The notes beneath the pieces were generated by a model. It was not told the DNA's origin. It saw nothing but the letters and a program-made list of their open reading frames with translations, and searched no databases. A DNA stretch of 63,382 bases, the filler included, from Dimorphilus gyrociliatus (Eukaryota; Animalia; Annelida): NCBI GenBank assembly GCA_904063045.1. It is 3 parts of 3 records of this genome, joined end to end, with 100 filler letters (N's around TTAATTAATTAA, not from the genome) between each part and the next. Parts side by side here need not be neighbours in the genome. Positions count along the whole stretch, not along the records: positions 58,300 to 63,382 come from CAJFCJ010000146.1; 2 more parts are not named here. The stretch is one strand, 5' to 3'. The position numbers were made by a program, and so were the translations under genes. How positions within the stretch are numbered: position 1 is the stretch's first letter; each line of letters starts with the position of its first letter. This document shows positions 60,730 to 63,382 of the stretch, one piece after another.

Positions 60730-61199
60730 GATTGAAAGGAATTAAATGAAGAGAGAGAGGGATTGATTCGACTATTATATAGCTATTAAATAGAATCTAA
60801 AGATAAGATTTCTTCTTTAATCTATTCTTATCTTGAGATCAGGCTTCTTTAATCTATTTTTTTAGAGATAAGATCAAGGAAGTTAAAATATTAAATTTAA
60901 ATTTAAAGCTTTTGATATAATAAAAAAAGTATGGAAAATTTAAATAATGTAATTTGAGTAACAAGTAAATATGGTTTAGATCAAAAAAAGTGTAAAATTA
61001 GGATTCTGTTTTATTTTCTCAGTTTAAAAGGAAGAAAAAAAGATAAGCAATTCAATTTAAAATTATTTTTAGGAGGTCAATTCCTTACTTTTAAATATTT
61101 ACAATATAGCTTCTCTACTCCAACACAAGCTTTAGAAAATGTTGTTTTTTATTACAAAGTGGCATTAGCAATTTCATTTCAATTTATTCTGAACAAAAC

Positions 61200-61590
61200 A
61201 AAACGTGTCTGCTTCGTTTGGTGTGAGTGCTTGTCTGTGTGTTAGTATGGATATGTCCGAAAGAGAAGGAGTGAGTGTTTATCATGCGATAAGGATGGAT
61301 GACTTGGAGTCACGTTTTTGTTGGTCAATGTGACTTGAGATAATGTCGTAGATCGAGTCAAATTGCAGACGTGACACCACAGACAAGAAGAGTCAAACAG
61401 CCGGTACCAGGACTTATTATTTGTGTTCTCCAACTGTGTACATGACTTAGCTCATTTATGTAGGGGCTGTATGCCTTAATCTCACCTCGTTTACCTGGCC
61501 AGACATGAGATCAGGTCAGCCTGCCTGATACTGATACTATCCTGAGATGCACATACATACTGACATACACTCACAGACTCAAACTAACAC
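61200..61590. repeat. Interspersed repeat with imperfect inverted ends, related to 32505-32580
   Basis: Reverse complement of ~61240-61290 (CATGATA..CACTCACTCCTTC...CATACT.ACACAC) matches 32507-32580 and partly 61545-61590. Confidence 0.5.
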
Positions 61591-61953
61591 GTAATATGTA
61601 ATGTTCTGTTCAAGAATGATAAAATGATTGTGTGTTAAATTGAGGATGTTTAAGTCAGGTAAAAAACAGATAAAAAACCTAAGACATGGTGCAAACGTGA
61701 CACCACAGATGAGCACAGCTAGATACTCAGTTAAGTGACGATAGCAAGACATAAAAGGGAGTGAATGTAATATAATAGTGTGAGAGAACAGAGAGTACTC
61801 CAAATAAAATTTGATACGTGATACAAGCAAACAAAATCTTGTAAAATTACTTTGTTTAGTTCACAATTATTTCTCTTTTATTCAAACAAGGCCTTTGTAT
61901 AGAAATTCACTTTAGACTAGAAGATTGAAAGCGCATGAATATGTTTTTGAACT

Positions 61954-62283
61954 TTACCCCTCATTTTCCAAACAGTCGTTTTTCTCTTTTTGTTGAGAAG
62001 ACAGATTTTGCTGATTGCATAAATTGTTTGTAAAATGCTTTGACTTACTGCAGAATTGTTCATCTGAACCATCTGGACAGTCTTTTATCAAATTGCAAAC
62101 AACCGAATATTTTATTTCCATTTTTGAATTATTGCAAATGAAAGACTCATATATATCTCTATTACATCTTCTCTCGTCTTCTCCATCTGAACAATTGTCT
62201 ACTTCATTCGCAAACAAGTGTTTTTGATATGCATATTTTATCAATTTCACACAGGAATGTAGATTTTGGACATAAGAAATCAC
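61954..62283 (-). CDS. LDL-receptor class A repeat fragment
   Basis: DNCSDGEDERRC and FICNN...VVCNLIKDCPDGSDEQFC; remainder of gene not resolved. Confidence 0.7.
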   Translation of the reverse strand: MISYVQNLHSCVKLIKYAYQKHLFANEVDNCSDGEDERRCNRDIYESFICNNSKMEIKYSVVCNLIKDCPDGSDEQFCSKSKHFTNNLCNQQNLSSQQKEKNDCLENEG

Positions 62284-63012
62284 TTGTATTGTTTAAATGA
62301 AAAGTTTTGTGTAATAGAATTCGGTTTGTTTTTGTATCTAAAAAATTTGTATGGTATAGAATACTTAGGTTTACTAAAGAGTATAATTTCTAAACAAATG
62401 TGAAGGAAATTCTTGATTGGTTTGATAAAAAGGTATGTTTTTTAACACATGTCATTCAGATTTGTTTTTTTTCTATTTAAGATATTTAGACCGTGTTGTT
62501 GATGACACAAAAATGTATAGAAAGAGAGGGTGGGCACATACAAAAATAGATAAAAAAATTCAACAATTTAACATTGCTCCAAAAAACATGTTGAGCAGCC
62601 AAAGAAGAGAAAAAAAATCAGAAAACAATGCTATTGTTAAGTATTCATATTAAATAGTATTGAGTTAAGTCTACAGTTTTCTAAAAGAGCCTCTATATCG
62701 AACTGATGTCAGATTGAATGAAAATGCAATTGTGTATGAAAGGAATCCATTGATATATTTTAGAATGTCTTTTAATTATAATCAAAATATTCAAAACTGA
62801 GAATAGATTTTGTACTCAATTGCTAAAAAAAAAGAGTTAATGTAAATTGATAAACTGATTTATCTAGTAACCAAATGCTGAAATGTCCAACACTCTTAGG
62901 AGGGCTAATTGAGTTATAATTTGGTCAAACTTTTAACCAGTAATGAAAGATTTTTTTTTGATTTTTGTTAAAAAAATTGTCAATTACTTTCATTGGAGCA
63001 TTCTTCAGAATC

Positions 63013-63220
63013 GATGTCGACAGAAAACGTCCACAAAATGAGAAATTTCAAGACTAGATTTTGGATTTAGAAATGGTTAGGAAGAAGAAGACGGCAACTG
63101 ATTTGTGCTTAGGAGGGTCTCCTCTAAGGGTTAGGGCTAATGCGAAAGGTTAGGTACTGCCAAGGGCTGGGTTAGGGTTGGGATAAAAGCATTCATTTGT
63201 GGACGTTTTCTGTCACATCC
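63013..63220. mobile_element. Mutator-type MITE (~208 bp)
   Basis: TIR core GACAGAAAACGTCCACAAA(A)TGA; flanks TTCAGAATC / TTCAGAATT (8 of 9 match); interior GGGTTA-like motifs. Confidence 0.8.
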
Positions 63221-63382
63221 TTCAGAATTAATTGCAGCATGATATAGATATGATGCTAATGCTTGTTTTACATAAGATTTAGAGTCATAATCATTTAGTG
63301 ACAGTTTATAGAGTAGAAGACTTTTCTAAACATTGTTGTCTTTGTGAATTCTTTCAACTCATTATGATAAATAGAATCTTTG

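Noticed and set aside
46205-63180. AACCCT/GGGTTA runs as telomeres (46205-46230, 63128-63180)
   Set aside because: Degenerate, only 2-4 units, internal, and enclosed by MITE-like termini.

Overview
The window is not one locus. It is three contigs joined by artificial 100-nt linkers (N44-TTAATTAATTAA-N44 at 26653-26752 and 58200-58299). Contig 1 (1-26652) is extremely AT-rich and intronless and looks microsporidian (inference). It holds a DNA2 helicase gene, a small C2H2 gene, two secreted serpin paralogs in a segmental duplication, a secreted LRR gene and about ten DNA transposon copies (Merlin, Ginger-like, IS630-like, Tc1, pogo, and a Helitron with both ends). Contigs 2 (26753-58199) and 3 (58300-63382) are from a compact-genome invertebrate animal with 50-65 nt introns. 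Contig 2 has a ~3.87 kb near-identical inverted repeat; each arm carries an MPC2 gene and an unusual U1 snRNA. The arms enclose a cluster of ribonuclease-inhibitor-type LRR genes, including an intact RING-Bbox-coiled-coil-LRR (TRIM-LRR) gene. Further along are two chitin-binding (CBM14) surface-protein genes, Mutator elements and a Gypsy element whose Pol carries a tandem array of SUMO-interacting-motif-like repeats. Contig 3 has a CBM14-TSP1-multi-C1q (pseudo)gene, an LDLa fragment and a MITE. The frameshifts I resolved at base level are single-base losses, mostly in homopolymers, suggesting long-read consensus errors. All family assignments are by motif recognition; no searches were run.
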